Position numbers and translations under genes: made by a program. A stretch of 64,000 nucleotides of DNA from Polymyxa betae A26-41 (lineage: Eukaryota > Protista > Endomyxa: Phytomyxea): NCBI GenBank assembly GCA_003693705.1, contig RBZT01000633.1, forward strand, positions 186,001-250,000, written 5' to 3'. The notes beneath the pieces were generated by a model. That model did not search any database. It was not told the DNA's origin and saw nothing but the letters and a program-made list of their open reading frames with translations. Below, one piece after another: positions 11,755 to 24,453 of the stretch (the first letter of the stretch is position 1; every line of letters starts with the position of its first letter).

Positions 11755-14674
11755 TTATATTTGTATTAAATCGGCATCTGGGGGTGCGTCCAGCTCAGGA
11801 TCTGATATCTGTTCTGGATCTAAATTGATTTGTTGTTCTTGCTTTCCAGTATTATATTCGTCCATGAGCTCATCAACTGTGGTTATTGGAGCGATCGGAT
11901 AGACGGCAGCATGGGCTCGGCTGGCGATGGGTTCAACAACCTGACGCATTTCTTCATCATCTCCAGCAAATACGTCGAACTGATCCAAGAACACCCTCGC
12001 CGAACGATCAGAAACTTCCACACAAACATTCTAGAAACGAATGAGACGTTATGGCAGCCATTGTGATGGCGTTATTACCGGTGATGGCTCGGTCTCTAAA
12101 ACTGCAGATTCGAATACATTCCCGAGCAACATTTGCATTTGGCGATGACGAACTTCAGGGCAGCCATCGACTATTTCTTCCATGGAATTGTCTGTTTCAT
12201 CTCTATCTCTTTCAGGTCCGGATTGGTGCTCATTATGGCCATGATTACACGGAACTGAGAGAACTGTGATCCAGCTATGAGTATGGAGACAACGATCACA
12301 GGACGGGGCTCACTTTTGGCACTGGCAACATTACTGTCAATACTCAGCAGAATACACATTACTGAATCAGCAATCATATCAGTAACCGGGTTGGAGCACC
12401 ATTCTAATAAGACATGCCTAACAATACTCAATCGATGAACAAAACGGAGTCGTGCAATGTCCTACGTAACAGCGTTGTCGGTATCGCGTCCGAGAGAAAC
12501 TCGAACATCGCCCATTATAACCAGCTGGACTTCGTTTTTCACATTCTCTTTCTGGACAGCATAAACCCGACTGAGGAACTCTTCGACGATGCCGATATCG
12601 CCACGGAAAGGGATTTTGACATTCTGGGTGATGATCGTATGTGAGAGGGCGGATTCAACAGGCAGGTCTTCGACCGCCATGATTCGGTCTGTGAAATCGC
12701 GACGAACTACCAAACCGGAAAGCAGATAGGGAGCTCTGGCTGCTAAGGATCCCACCACCTAATTGACAGGTAAACATCTCCAAATGTGGCCAAATGCGCG
12801 AATGGACTTTAGCGATACGCTCCGACTTGAACTCGAGCTCAACTTGCTGACAGTTTTTCGGTGCAATAACGGTGATAGAGCCATCATCATAGATCCGCAC
12901 CAGCTCTTGACGAAGCCGTAACATCTGGTTCGATTCCCCATGGACCAGTACGATATGTCTGGGGCGAAGTGCGGCAATGAACTCGGATGTCTCCGAGAAG
13001 TCGGCATGTGCAGAGAACGAAACCTAGCCGAACGGATGTCAAAGGCAGCTATTTGTCTTAGAACAAAATCAACCTCGTGGACAGACATATTCAGTGGAAT
13101 TTTTAGGCCTGAAAGAGTTGTGATCTGGTCGGGTTCGTTCTGGATTAATTTCGCAAGAGTTCCTAAACAATCATATATTACAGCTCTGAGAAGCAAATCA
13201 ACAGACAAACCTTCAACGGAATATCCGGCTAGAATGACAGCGTTCCTCTTATCAGAGCACCACATCTCGAATAGCTGTCGTGATAATCCGTTTTGTAGCA
13301 TACCAGGAGACGCCATAACAATGGATGGCCCGATATCATCCAATTGTTCAATACCTTTTTCAAATCACTACAACATAGCCATACATGGACGAAGACAACA
13401 AACCTTTCAGATTGAGAATATGCCTGAAATTGAATGGATTTCCCAATTCACTTCGGGCACGAATGGCATTGTTCATCATATTCACGTAGCGTTTGTAAAC
13501 AGTCATACCTATCGACAGTTAAGACCAATCATTTGACAGCCGTATTCTTTCGGGACATTTCTTTGCTAATGCCGAAGCATAATAAATCGGGTAGGAGTGC
13601 AATGAAGGGTTGGCGTCCCAATATTCGTCGAGAATGAGAAGTAGCTCCTGGGCCCTACCAAGAGCGAACACAGGGATTAGCACGCGACCACCGCGAACTA
13701 GAACCTATTGACAGCTATTACACTATTCTGGAGAGCGATACAAAGCTATACAGACTTGATGGACGAGGTCTGTGAATCGTTTCTCTCGTTCGTTAATTGC
13801 CGGAATGGTTCGAATGCCCCAAGTACTAGAATCATGTTAGAGACGATATCCATAGCCTGAAGGCGAATATTCACCTTTCTACGATGAGGACATCGGGTCG
13901 TACAGGAGGGATTTCAGCCGCCATCAAATGGCGATCCTCACGACGTGAGTAGTCGCCGGTATACAGCACTTTAACGCCTGCGAAGGCTTTAATGGCAACG
14001 CATAAATCACGAAAAGAACAACCTGCTATCTCGATCATGAACATGGCAGCACCAAGAACGTGTCCAGCGTGATAACACCAAAATTTGATTCCTTTCAGAA
14101 AACATCAGATACCGTTCTCATAATGCAAACAGGCGATAAACCTTTATAATGGACGACCTGGTGGAAATTGATAGCTTCAATTTTATCCATTGAATTGATT
14201 AAATCGTCTTCGTCATATAAAGCCGTATCTGCTGAAATTGCAGAAACCTACACAGACAGATGAATAAACGCAGGTTCTGTGCTTGCCTCAATTACTTTGA
14301 CGAAATCCTGAAGAATAAGTTTGTAGATAGACTTGGTCGGATGCGTCATGAATACACGCCCTTTGAAATTGGTCTGAGCCAGAAAATAGGGCAGAGCGGC
14401 AGCATGATCCAGATGGAAATGTGAAATCAGGATAATATCAATCTGATCGGCATCAACCTGATCAAAATACGGCAATGCATCAATTCCTTTTCCTGCTGGA
14501 TGAATACCACAATCTAACTATCAGGGTGACGATCAGATCGGGATGCCAAATGTATGGCGGTGACCAAAGTACCATGATGGTCTTGCCTTTGAATTGCAGT
14601 ATATGGCATGAGCGGCCGACTTCATTTCCAGAGCCCAATGGAGTGATGGACAGGAAGTCAGCTTCGTCTTCCAT
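11755..14674 (-). CDS. CPSF3: Cleavage and polyadenylation specificity factor 73 kDa endonuclease (Ysh1); multi-exon
   Basis: [60 protein letters not shown], beta-CASP motifs. Confidence 0.96.
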
Positions 14675-15225
14675 CGCTGATCAGCCCCAACGATGTTGCT
14701 GTTCAGGAACTCCGCTCTGCAATTTCCAATAAATCCCGTTTATACAGAAAATCCTATTTATAAACCGTTTGAGATGCAGATCGCGAGAATCGCCCAATTA
14801 CTGCTATACTTATTCTGATTGCGCCAGCTGTCTCTGTGATTGCTTTTCCGATCGTATTGTTTAGAAATCTGTAAGGGTTGTGAGCAAAGATACCTAATTT
14901 ATCAACAGACGAAATATATGAAGTGCATATGGATATGTGAATGTATTATAGTTGCTGCATTCGGCTATAAATTTACAACTGAAGTATTGATGGTTGGATC
15001 GAGTGCTTTCATATCAAAATCGCGGTAATTTGCGACCCCATTCCGCTGCGCTAATTGGGTTGGGTTGGCTTCAACAGCGTTTGCTTGCTGGTGATCGGCT
15101 ACACCCAATCAGCGACTAGGTTCAGTACATGTATGATCTGTAGGGCGTTTCGTAGTCTCAGCACAAATTCATCGCGATCTTATCAATTCAGGTGATCACA
15201 TAGATGATGCCATGGCGCTCAATCT

Positions 15226-15424
15226 AGGGGATGCGCCACGCCTCACACGCTTTTTTCCTATTCATCCAATAACTGGTTCACAAAAGGAAATGATAATTCT
15301 GTCAGCTGTAATTCGGTATATGGATGGGCGACGTTCAGGCGATGCTGTTGGCATAAAAGCTTTGAGCAAAATAGACGATCTCGGTACCGATGGCGTTACA
15401 CATGGAGTCCGTGGCGCATCCCCT
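15226..15424. repeat. Perfect 15-bp inverted repeat AGGGGATGCGCCACG...CGTGGCGCATCCCCT (169-nt spacer) in the CPSF3/ValRS divergent intergenic
   Basis: Arms at 15226-15240 and 15410-15424; the right arm overlaps a variant of the shared promoter motif. Confidence 0.85.
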
Positions 15425-15507
15425 TTGTCCCTTTGGCCCATGCGTGGCTGCGCTCCCTCTTGCTTCTACTGCATCATCTCATTCGTTCTATTAGGCCGAC
15501 TTGTACC

Positions 15508-18500
15508 ATGACGGCTGCATCCAAGCATAATGTCTCGAAGAAGGACGTCACCACCGAGATGCCGCTCACTTACAATCCAGGGCAGGTTGAAAGCCACTGG
15601 AATGAGTGGTGGTCTGCCCAAGGATACTACAAGCCCGAATGTCGCCCTGAAGGTCGTCGTTGCTGTATGTTTCGGCTCGCTGTCGTGCTGAAAAGTAGAT
15701 AGGCGAGCCATACGTTATGGTGATGCCTCCCCCCAATGTCACTGGAACATTGCATTTGGGTCATGCTTTGATGGCCTCCATTGAAGACTGCATTGCTCGC
15801 TGGCAGCGCATGAAAGGCAAAGCTGTTTTATGGGTTCCAGGTACCGACCATGCTGGTATTGCTACGCAGGTGTGTCTTTTAAACCATTGTGTCAGCTCTT
15901 TTTTAAAATAGATTAGGTTGTTGTAGAGAAGAAGCTCTGGAAGGAGAAGCAATTAACGCGTCATGACCTTGGCCGAGAAAAGTCAGTTGAAGGCTTGACA
16001 TGCTGCCAGCTCTTATTCTGTGTGCAAGGTTTCTTGAACAAGTCTGGGATTGGAAGAATGAATCCGGCTCCTTCATTTGCAATCAGCTACGCTTGTTAGG
16101 ATGCTCGTGCGATTGGAGCCGTGAAGCATTCACCATGGACGAATCTCGTAGCAGATCCGTTCAGGTAATTTGCTGCTTTTACGATTTTGCTTTCCCAATT
16201 CTTTGCTCAGGAGGCTTTCCTTCAAATGTTTAAATCTGGCAAGATCTACCGTGCCAATCGTCTTGTGAATTGGAGCTCCCATTTGCGTACTGCAATTTCC
16301 GACATTGAAGTGTACGAGCTATTCCAATGGCGCTCGTGACTCTGTTTAGTTAACATGTTACAGTGACTATGTCACCTTTGACGCCCCGGGGACCTTGCGC
16401 ATTCCAGGCCACAATAAGGCCATCGAATTTGGAGTCTTTCATTCGTTCTGGTACCAGCTGGAAGGCAGTGACTCTCCCGATGATCGTATCAAAGTTGCTA
16501 CAACCCGTATTGAGACCATGCTTGGTAATGCTCCTTCTCGTTCAGAATGATCGTCTAAAATTTCCAAGGGGATGTTGCCGTGGCTGTTCACAGCGAGGAT
16601 GAACGTTATAAGCGGTTTCATGGCAAATATCTGAAACATCCGTTCTTTGCTGATCGTCGTGTGGCTGTTATTATTGATGATATTCTCGTTGATCCGGAGA
16701 AAGGTCGGGTATTCTTCTGTATGGATATCATAGCCTCTTAACCTGCTCTTAGGAACCGGTGCTGTCAAAGTTACCCCTGCCCATGACCCGAACGATTTTA
16801 AGTGTGGCCAACGTCACAATCTATTGAATATTTCTGTCTTTGATGACGGTTCGTTGTTCTCGTTATCCTTTTCGCTTCCTTATTTTTGCAGAGGGTCGAA
16901 TTTCCAAAAATTTGGAATCTGAATTTTCGGGCATGATGAGGTTTGATGCCCGAACTGCCATTATTAAGAGGCTTGATGAGCTCGGCCTATATGGTGAACG
17001 AATTCCTAATCCCGGAATGAGGCTCGGTATGATGTCCGATATTTCTCTCTCGCTACTCTCTTGACATTCTGCTGTAGGAATATGCTCTCGATCCGGTGAT
17101 GTTATCGAGCCGATGGCAAAGCCTCAATGGTGGGTTGATTGCAAAGAAATGGCTCAGCGATCTACTCAAGCTGTTCGCGAAGGTGAACTCGTTATCTTAC
17201 CAAAAACACAAGTTTGTTACCCCTTGGATTCCTTTTCGTAAATCGCTGATTTGTATGCAGGAGAAAACCTGGTTCCAGTGGCTTGACAATATTCAGGACT
17301 GGTGCATTTCTCGACAGGTTTTCGAGTTTGCAAATTGTTGGTTTTGTGTTTACTTTTGGTCTGTAGCTTTGGTGGGGCCATCGCATTCCAGCCTATCGCA
17401 TTCTAATCGACGGCGCTCGTCGTCCAGATGAACTTTGTGATATGCATTACTGGGTTGTGGCAGAGTACGTCTTTGCAACTGTGTCTGGAGGAAGCTTACC
17501 CCTTATCTGTAGTACCGTGCAAGAAGCCCTCAAAATCGCTTATTCCCGATTCTCCGATATCGAGCAATCACGAATTGCTCTGGAGCAAGATGAAGACGTT
17601 TTGGATACCTGGTTTTCCTCAGGTATCGCCTGGTTAAGATCTGATGCCTCTCGCTTATTATATTTTAGGTCTTTTCCCATTCTCCGTTTTCGATTGGCCT
17701 TCAGAAACTTCTGATATGAAGAAGTTCTTCCCAAACACCTTATTGGAGACTGGATCCGACATTCTGTTTTTCTGGGTTGCTCGAATGGTGATGATGTCTC
17801 TCGAGCTTACAGATAAATTGCCATTCAAATACGTCTTCTTACACCCAATGGTATCGATATTTTTATTTTTGGAATTATTTGCTGAAAAAGGCAGGTCCGA
17901 GACAAACTTGGTGGAAAAATGTCAAAAAGCAAAGGAAACGTCATCGATCCTCTTGATGTTATTTCTGGAATCACGTTGCAGGAGCTCAATGAGAAACTCG
18001 AAAAATCCAGCTTGCCCGAGAAAGAGATAAAAAAAGCAAGAATTCGTGTTTGAATTTTCTCATCGTTTAACGTAATTCAGGCTATTGCACTACAAGCTCG
18101 CGAGTACGGAAAGAAATACAAAATTCCAGGAAGTACCGAAATGAGTGATGGTATTCCTGAGTGTGGTACCGATGGATTACGATTTGGACTGCTTTCGTAC
18201 ACTGCTCAAGGTTTTTCAGAAATCTCCTTTAAAGTGTTTTAGCCGTTTGCTGAGTTGCTTGCAGGACGTAATATTAACTTGGACGTATTCCGGGTCCTGG
18301 GATATCGCCAGTTCTGCAATAAAATTTGGTGCATTATGCTGCTTTGCTTTATATTGAATGACCGAAATGAGCTTCAGGAACGCAGTTAGATACAGTATGC
18401 AGCACTTCCCAAAAGACGGATTGCCTTCAATTCAGGACGCCATCAACATTGTTAGAGTTTGCATGCTGTGTTCGTCCGAAACTTATTTGGTTTGCTCTCA

Positions 18501-19704
18501 GGTTGATCAAGCCTTGTTTGCTGACGGCAAATCGACCGGCACGATATATGACCGCTGGATTATGAGCCGGTTGCATAACGCTATTGAGATTTCCAATTCG
18601 GGTAAGTGGTAATTCTTGCCTGATCCCGAAACTCGTATCTGATTGTTTCCTGATTAGCAATGGAAATCTATGATTTTGCATCTGCAACGTCGGCTATGTA
18701 TGATTTTATGCTGAATGAATTTTGCTGTGTCTACCTTGAGGTCCGTTTATTCCATGATGTGATGTGAAAAATTGACGATATGCTCACTAGGTTACCAAAC
18801 CTATTTTCTTTGACGGACATGAACAAAATAAGTTTGTTTCACAAATGGTAATTTGCAATTTTGAGTTATGCCAGAAATAACTGTTGTATTAGGTTCTGTA
18901 TATATGCTTAGACCATGTTTGTAAATTGTTGCATCCAGTTATGCCGTTCGTAACCGAAGAGCTTTGGCAACGACTGCCCGTGTCTGGTGGACGAAGTCCT
19001 GGTGAGTCCATCATGATTCAGTCATACCCTGAGGCAATGTGCTCGTTACAAGCTGCTGCTGTTATCTGACTTCTGTGTGTAGGCAGATAGCCGTTACCGG
19101 AATGCCACTGTTGAAGCCGCAATCAATCAAGGTTCCGAGATTATTACTAGCATATTATCAGCCAAGCAGCGCTTATCTATTCCTGAGGTTATTTTCTCTA
19201 CATGGAAGACTGATTCTTTGCTAACTTGCTGACTAGTCTGCCAAACCTGCTGTCCTGATTCAGTGTTCGAATCCTGACATCGAATCTGACGTCAACTCTT
19301 GCATATTGGCAATCCAGACTCTGGCGAAGTGCTCATCCTTAGCAACAATCCCCTTGTCTGCATCTCCTCCGGCTGGGTTCGTTTGTTGTCATTTAAAATC
19401 TTCAACTGAGGAATGGGTGTTTAGGTATGCTCCAAACATCATTAACGAAAAGCTTACGGTGAACATCTACGTTCGTGATCTGATCGACTTTCAAGGCGAA
19501 CTGAAGAGGAATGAAAAAACGAAGTTGGAAGTTTTGTCTAAGATTGAAAAGATGAACCAGCGTATGTCCACTGAACAATACCAAACAAGAACTCCCGACC
19601 ATGTCAAACTGAAAGAAAAGGCCACTATAGAACAGTTGAACGAGAAATTGGAGTCTATCGAAAAAGCCATGCAGAATCTGTTAAATTTACAAGGTGCAAA
19701 TTGA
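15508..19704 (+). CDS. VARS1: Valyl-tRNA synthetase; ~20 short introns
   Basis: [15 protein letters not shown] (HIGH), [60 protein letters not shown]-terminal coiled coil. Confidence 0.97.
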
Positions 19705-19781
19705 GTTTCGAAGAATACATTGTTTTAAAGTTGATTTTTGACCTCTTGAACACACGAAATTTGTAGATGTTCGAAACAGTG

Positions 19782-21577
19782 TTAAGCGGCGGTTGAGGAA
19801 TCGGTCTGGGGTGTTGCTGGGGGAGCAGATGTCATCCGACGGCCAATCTGGTCACTGGGCAGAAGATCTCGATTTGGAATCTGAACTGATCTAACAACCT
19901 CCGATGACTGATCTCGCAGTAGAACCGGAACGTATCGGATGGGATCGCTTTGCAGACGATTCATTTCGGACGAAGATACTGGTTCTAATCCATCGCTTGT
20001 TCGGTGTCGTAGTCTGAATCCAAAAGGCGCATCTGCAGAATGCAGAGGAGGCGTTGTCGGGAATGGATAGGATTTTGTTACAGAAGAGGTTTCAGCTCTG
20101 GATGGTGAAATAGGGAAATCCTCTCGCAAGGGAGTGATGAACCTGACCAATCGGTAGAGGTAGTAAAATGCAACGACAGCTATAGCCAGTACGATGCCCC
20201 CTGAATAAACATAGAAATTGGCATGAAGATACCACTCAGAGCTGGGATTCTCTCGTCTTGCAAAACCGATGGAAACAAGTTCTCCCGGCTGAGCAGACGA
20301 TTTGAATTGTTGAACTGGTCCATGATCGAAGCTGATGATAGCTAAATGAGAGAATTGAGCAATCGGATTCCCGTTTGCAGTTCAGAGCGGTGTCGTACTT
20401 AGAAGATTACTCATGAAGGCAGTACCCAGAATCCATTTGTTGGCTTTGTAGGAAGGCTTGATAGCGATATAGCATCCAGATGGATGAAGTTGGATAATCG
20501 AATCGGGTGACAATCTGTATTTCCTGTTCTGGACTTTGACATGAAATACCGGCATTCTGACAATGACAAATCACGAATATAGATAAATAATTCGTGGGAA
20601 AGCGCTTACGATAGTTTTCGGCTGCAAGGAACCTTACCCCTAGCATTGGCCCCGACCTAAATGCAGTTAGTAAGTTTGAAAATCCTTCGGTAATACAGAC
20701 ATCGTTCAACATTGCATAGACGATATTCTCTGGGCCGATTATGTAAGGTGACCCTGGATCTAATCTAATCACGTTGTCAACCCGAGCGATTTGATGCAAG
20801 CGTTACAAACATTGCTGGAATCATATCAGAGGCAAAATGCCCCCATTCCAAACTAACATTAGCGAGGAACCAGTGTGTAGCATCAGCTATTGGTTTATAC
20901 GTGAACCAATCGATCGGCTTAGAGCGACGCGTGTCATCCCAGCCACCAAATGTTAGGGACCCATTACGAAGCGGATGCTTCGGTAGATAAAATGAAATCA
21001 GTCTTGACAAAGACGGGTATCGAGCCTTCAGATCATCGAAAATATCGCGAAGTGCAGGAGAACTAGGACCTAATCCTATCGACCCAATGTAATGTTCGTA
21101 TTGATGTTTGGTGATTTCAAACGAAATTGATTTCTCGCTTGCCCAGGACCCAATCGACAGGTGATGTTCGCAAACAGTTCGATTAATAACCTTATCAGAC
21201 CTGTTCGCGTTCAACTGATCCCCATCAAGAATCTTGATTGCTCCATTTGAGGATGGACAGAAGTTGGAAACAAGCCAAGTTCGACTGGAGCCTGTTAAGA
21301 GCACTATTTTCGAACTTCCCTAGATAAATACAGCGTTAATCTTACCAAAATCCAAGAGAACAGAGCTATCCTTCTCCGAAGTACCAAACTTGATTAAACC
21401 AATGGGTCCTTTTTTGTCATCAATGTTATCAGCTGATCGCCTCGACATTGGCGCCCGCTGTGGTGGTATAGTAATAGGAATGCTGATGTGACAAAAACAG
21501 GTATGGACCGTCAGCGATAGAACCAAGAGGACCTCTGCATGCATCTGAAAAGGCCATTGAAGATATGGCGAGGCCAT
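19782..21577 (-). CDS. Pepsin-family (A1) aspartic protease-like protein with signal peptide and C-terminal TM; atypical catalytic motifs
   Basis: After splicing: VLLDFGSSRTW and AILDPGSPYI; GSLTFGGWD, MLGVRFL, SIGFA; TM GGIVLAIAVVAFYYLY; start may be 21577 or 21544. Confidence 0.75.
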
Positions 21578-21832
21578 TGGCGAAATCCGAGCAGAATCGA
21601 TGAACAGGCTATCCTAACTTCCGATCATCCTCTTTTGCAACCCTTCATGGGAGCAGAGCAACGTCAACCCTGGAAGAAGACAAACGACAGACAACTTCGA
21701 TTTTGAAGTAATGAAGCGAAGGGAACTCCTGCAAGTGATCACATAAGAAGTAACGTAAATAGTTATTTGTTACACATAAACGACAGCTATAGAGAGAATA
21801 TATTCAAGAGTTGACTTGTTTATATGAAAAAA

Positions 21833-22477
21833 TCAGAACAGCAGAACCGACTTGCCATTGATAGGGCCGTGGCCGTTCAGGAGCTTAGCGTGAACACCAC
21901 GGTTCTCGAGACGGCCCTGGTCGCGGTACTTGATGTATTCGTCACGAGTGAATTCAGTGAATCCCCACATGTTGGACACTGCGATGTGCTGCCGGCCAGG
22001 GAACTTGTATTTGGCACGACGGATGGCTTCCAGAACGTGCTGACGAGCAGAGTCCTTAGCACGAACGGACAGGATCGGGTCGCCGATGTTAACACGGGCG
22101 ACGATACCAGCCGGCTTACCGAAGGCGTGTCTCATACCGGTTTGCAGACGATCGGCACCGGCACACGACAACATCTTGTTAATACGAACGACATGGAAAG
22201 GATGGGTTCGTATACGAAGGTGGAAGGTATCCTTGCCGGAGTATCGAACCATGTATTTGTTGACGGCAATACGGCCAGCTTCCAGGGCTTCCGAACTCAG
22301 CTGTTCCTTCTCACCAGAGACCAGGTGGATACAGAGCGGGAACTGGTCAGCATGGGCAGTCTTGGCACCGACATCGTAGATACGGATCTTGGGGTCGGGG
22401 ACACCACGAAGGTATCGAGACTTGATGTAAGGCTTATTCTTGCAGTAGCGGTAGCATCGGGCAGGACGGCGACCCAT
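21833..22477 (-). CDS. RPL10: 60S ribosomal protein L10 (uL16/QM), intronless
   Basis: [17 protein letters not shown]...[25 protein letters not shown]. Confidence 0.98.
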   Translation of the reverse strand: MGRRPARCYRYCKNKPYIKSRYLRGVPDPKIRIYDVGAKTAHADQFPLCIHLVSGEKEQLSSEALEAGRIAVNKYMVRYSGKDTFHLRIRTHPFHVVRINKMLSCAGADRLQTGMRHAFGKPAGIVARVNIGDPILSVRAKDSARQHVLEAIRRAKYKFPGRQHIAVSNMWGFTEFTRDEYIKYRDQGRLENRGVHAKLLNGHGPINGKSVLLF

Positions 22478-22523
22478 GATCTCGATACAGATGACGACGA
22501 TCTGAAACACCGTCCACTAGATA

Positions 22524-22550
22524 GAACGGATTGCGTCACGGACTCCGTTC
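22524..22550. promoter_or_regulatory. Quasi-palindromic promoter element GAACGGATTGCGTCACGGACTCCGTTC upstream of RPL10
   Basis: 17-mer CGGATTGCGTCACGGAC is identical to 28499-28515 upstream of eIF6; ~50 nt from the ATG. Confidence 0.7.
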
Positions 22551-22623
22551 TATATGTGCCTATCCCCTAAGATTAATCATTGCTTTCCTGCTCACATGAC
22601 ACAAGACTGAAATGATGAATAGT

Positions 22624-24453
22624 TTAGTTTTTCCCTCTTTGCAAAACGGCCCAATTGTTAACCATTAATTTTTGAACGCAAAGTAGGGCTTGTTGTTGAA
22701 CGTCTTGTTCGGGGTGCGACATCTTTAAAATTAGCTTCTCTTGGCCACTCAACTTTCGAACGACCTGTTTTCCAGCTGGATAAATTCTTGCGAATTCACC
22801 AAGATCGAAACAACAAATTGCTACAGTTTGATGATGCTTCGATTCCAGCAAATCTATTAACCTATACAATATTCAGCGATATGTATACCGAAAAAGGAGT
22901 TGCCGACCTTTTGATTGGGGCGAATCCGTCAACTTCGCATTTTGAAGCATTCTCCTTCCAGAAGGCTTCTGTGTGAATCGGGCCCCATTTTAACTGTCCA
23001 ATTTGTAGTTCATTCAGGAATACCTCAAATGATCTAAGAGAAAATTCGGTAATCTTCTAACCGTAAAAGTATAAGAAGTACGAGTATTGCTTAACAGCTT
23101 TAAAAAGTTCAGAGCGAATGAAATCAATGTCAGTCACCATCTCTGAATCGATCGCAGTAGCTCGTTGCTCTAGTAGATCTAATGTGGTTATAAAATTTAA
23201 TTGTACGAGCATTTCATTAAAGCAAAGATGCCCGATCATATTCTGGTGAACCCAAATTAGGAATGAACGTGAACAATATCACAATATTACTCTGATGCAA
23301 GCAATAACGATTCTGGCAACTTTATCCCTAGAAACATTTCGAACCGTCTCAACCAGAACTGGAATGACAGAATCCCGCAGAAAGAACGAGTGGATTTTGC
23401 TCTGGGTGGCAAATATTGTGATTACGTTTGTCAAAAAGCATGCAGAATACTTACATTAAATGAGAGCAACCAAATGCAAAAGCCTGCTTGATAAACTATT
23501 TGAGTGTTCCGAGTTGATTCGAACTGCAGAGTTCTGACAAGGCTGCAAAACGACCTTAATTTCCAACAAATTTCCAATAACAAATTACCTAGATAAGCCA
23601 CCCTCTTCTGCAAACTGTACTTGAGCCTGAGGCTCCTTTAAGAACAACTTTAAGCACGTCAAAGCGACAGCATGACATCTAAAAGTTCTTCAGCACATAA
23701 ATATGAAATGTTGTTAACTTACCGGTCATTAGTATCAGCCACTTTGGCGTTCAGCCACGACCCAAACATCGATACCACCTTATTATCAGTAGTATATCCT
23801 GGAGGTTTTAGGCTTCATTACAGATTAGAAATTTGTGAGTTGAATTCTTCAGCAGAAAGGAGTATTACCTGATGAGAAGAGAAAATAATATGCAAGCTTT
23901 TTCAATAGTGAACGGATGATAATCACTACGAGCTAGAATCCTATTATAGGTTGACTATGTAGTCAGCAAGAAACAGTGTCATTTCTATACCTCAGCAACA
24001 AAGAGTGAAAGTCGAAGTCTGAGGTTTGCAGCGACAAAAACAATGGCGAGGCGTCAATGTTCTCTAACAGAGCGAATGATATAACGTTCATGATGAAGAG
24101 AGCAACTGACTTCGTAAAAATTCTTCAAGTATAACCAGGACGAATTGTGTGATGTCCTCATCAGTCCACTTTTTCAAGCATGTAATGCAAGCTTGGATTA
24201 AGGCCAGGCCATTCTGCTCATGCAGTTTACAGAAGCGTATATCTTCGAAGCAAATCAATACCTTGGCGTCATACTGGTTTTCTGGAGCCTTCTTGATTAG
24301 GTTGACTTCTTGTTCCGAGATCACTTTCGACAGATTTCTCCATGGCAGCAAACTCGCACGTGCGATAACGGACTCGTTATCAATGGCGGTCAGCTCTTGA
24401 GCAGTCTCGAATTCGAAACCCGAGAGCGATAACCGATGCTCGATGGAAACCAT
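22624..24453 (-). CDS. ATP6V1H: V-type proton ATPase subunit H; multi-exon
   Basis: QIVYQAGFCIWLLSF, RDKVARI, LKWGPIHTEAFWKENA, CFDLGEFARIYPAGK, ALLCVQKLMVNNW. Confidence 0.93.

Noticed and set aside
12940-13536. 198-aa plus-strand ORF and many other 60-200 aa ORFs in the track
   Set aside because: Antisense or off-frame shadows of spliced genes (here CPSF3), or exon-plus-intron readthrough
20777-21304. Apparent loss of catalytic Asp (LTGSS) in the aspartic protease ORF
   Set aside because: Artefact of translating intron sequence; splicing restores D-F-G-S-S
21824-22570. 248-aa plus-strand ORF antisense to RPL10
   Set aside because: Expected shadow ORF from the strong codon bias of a ribosomal protein gene; no independent motif
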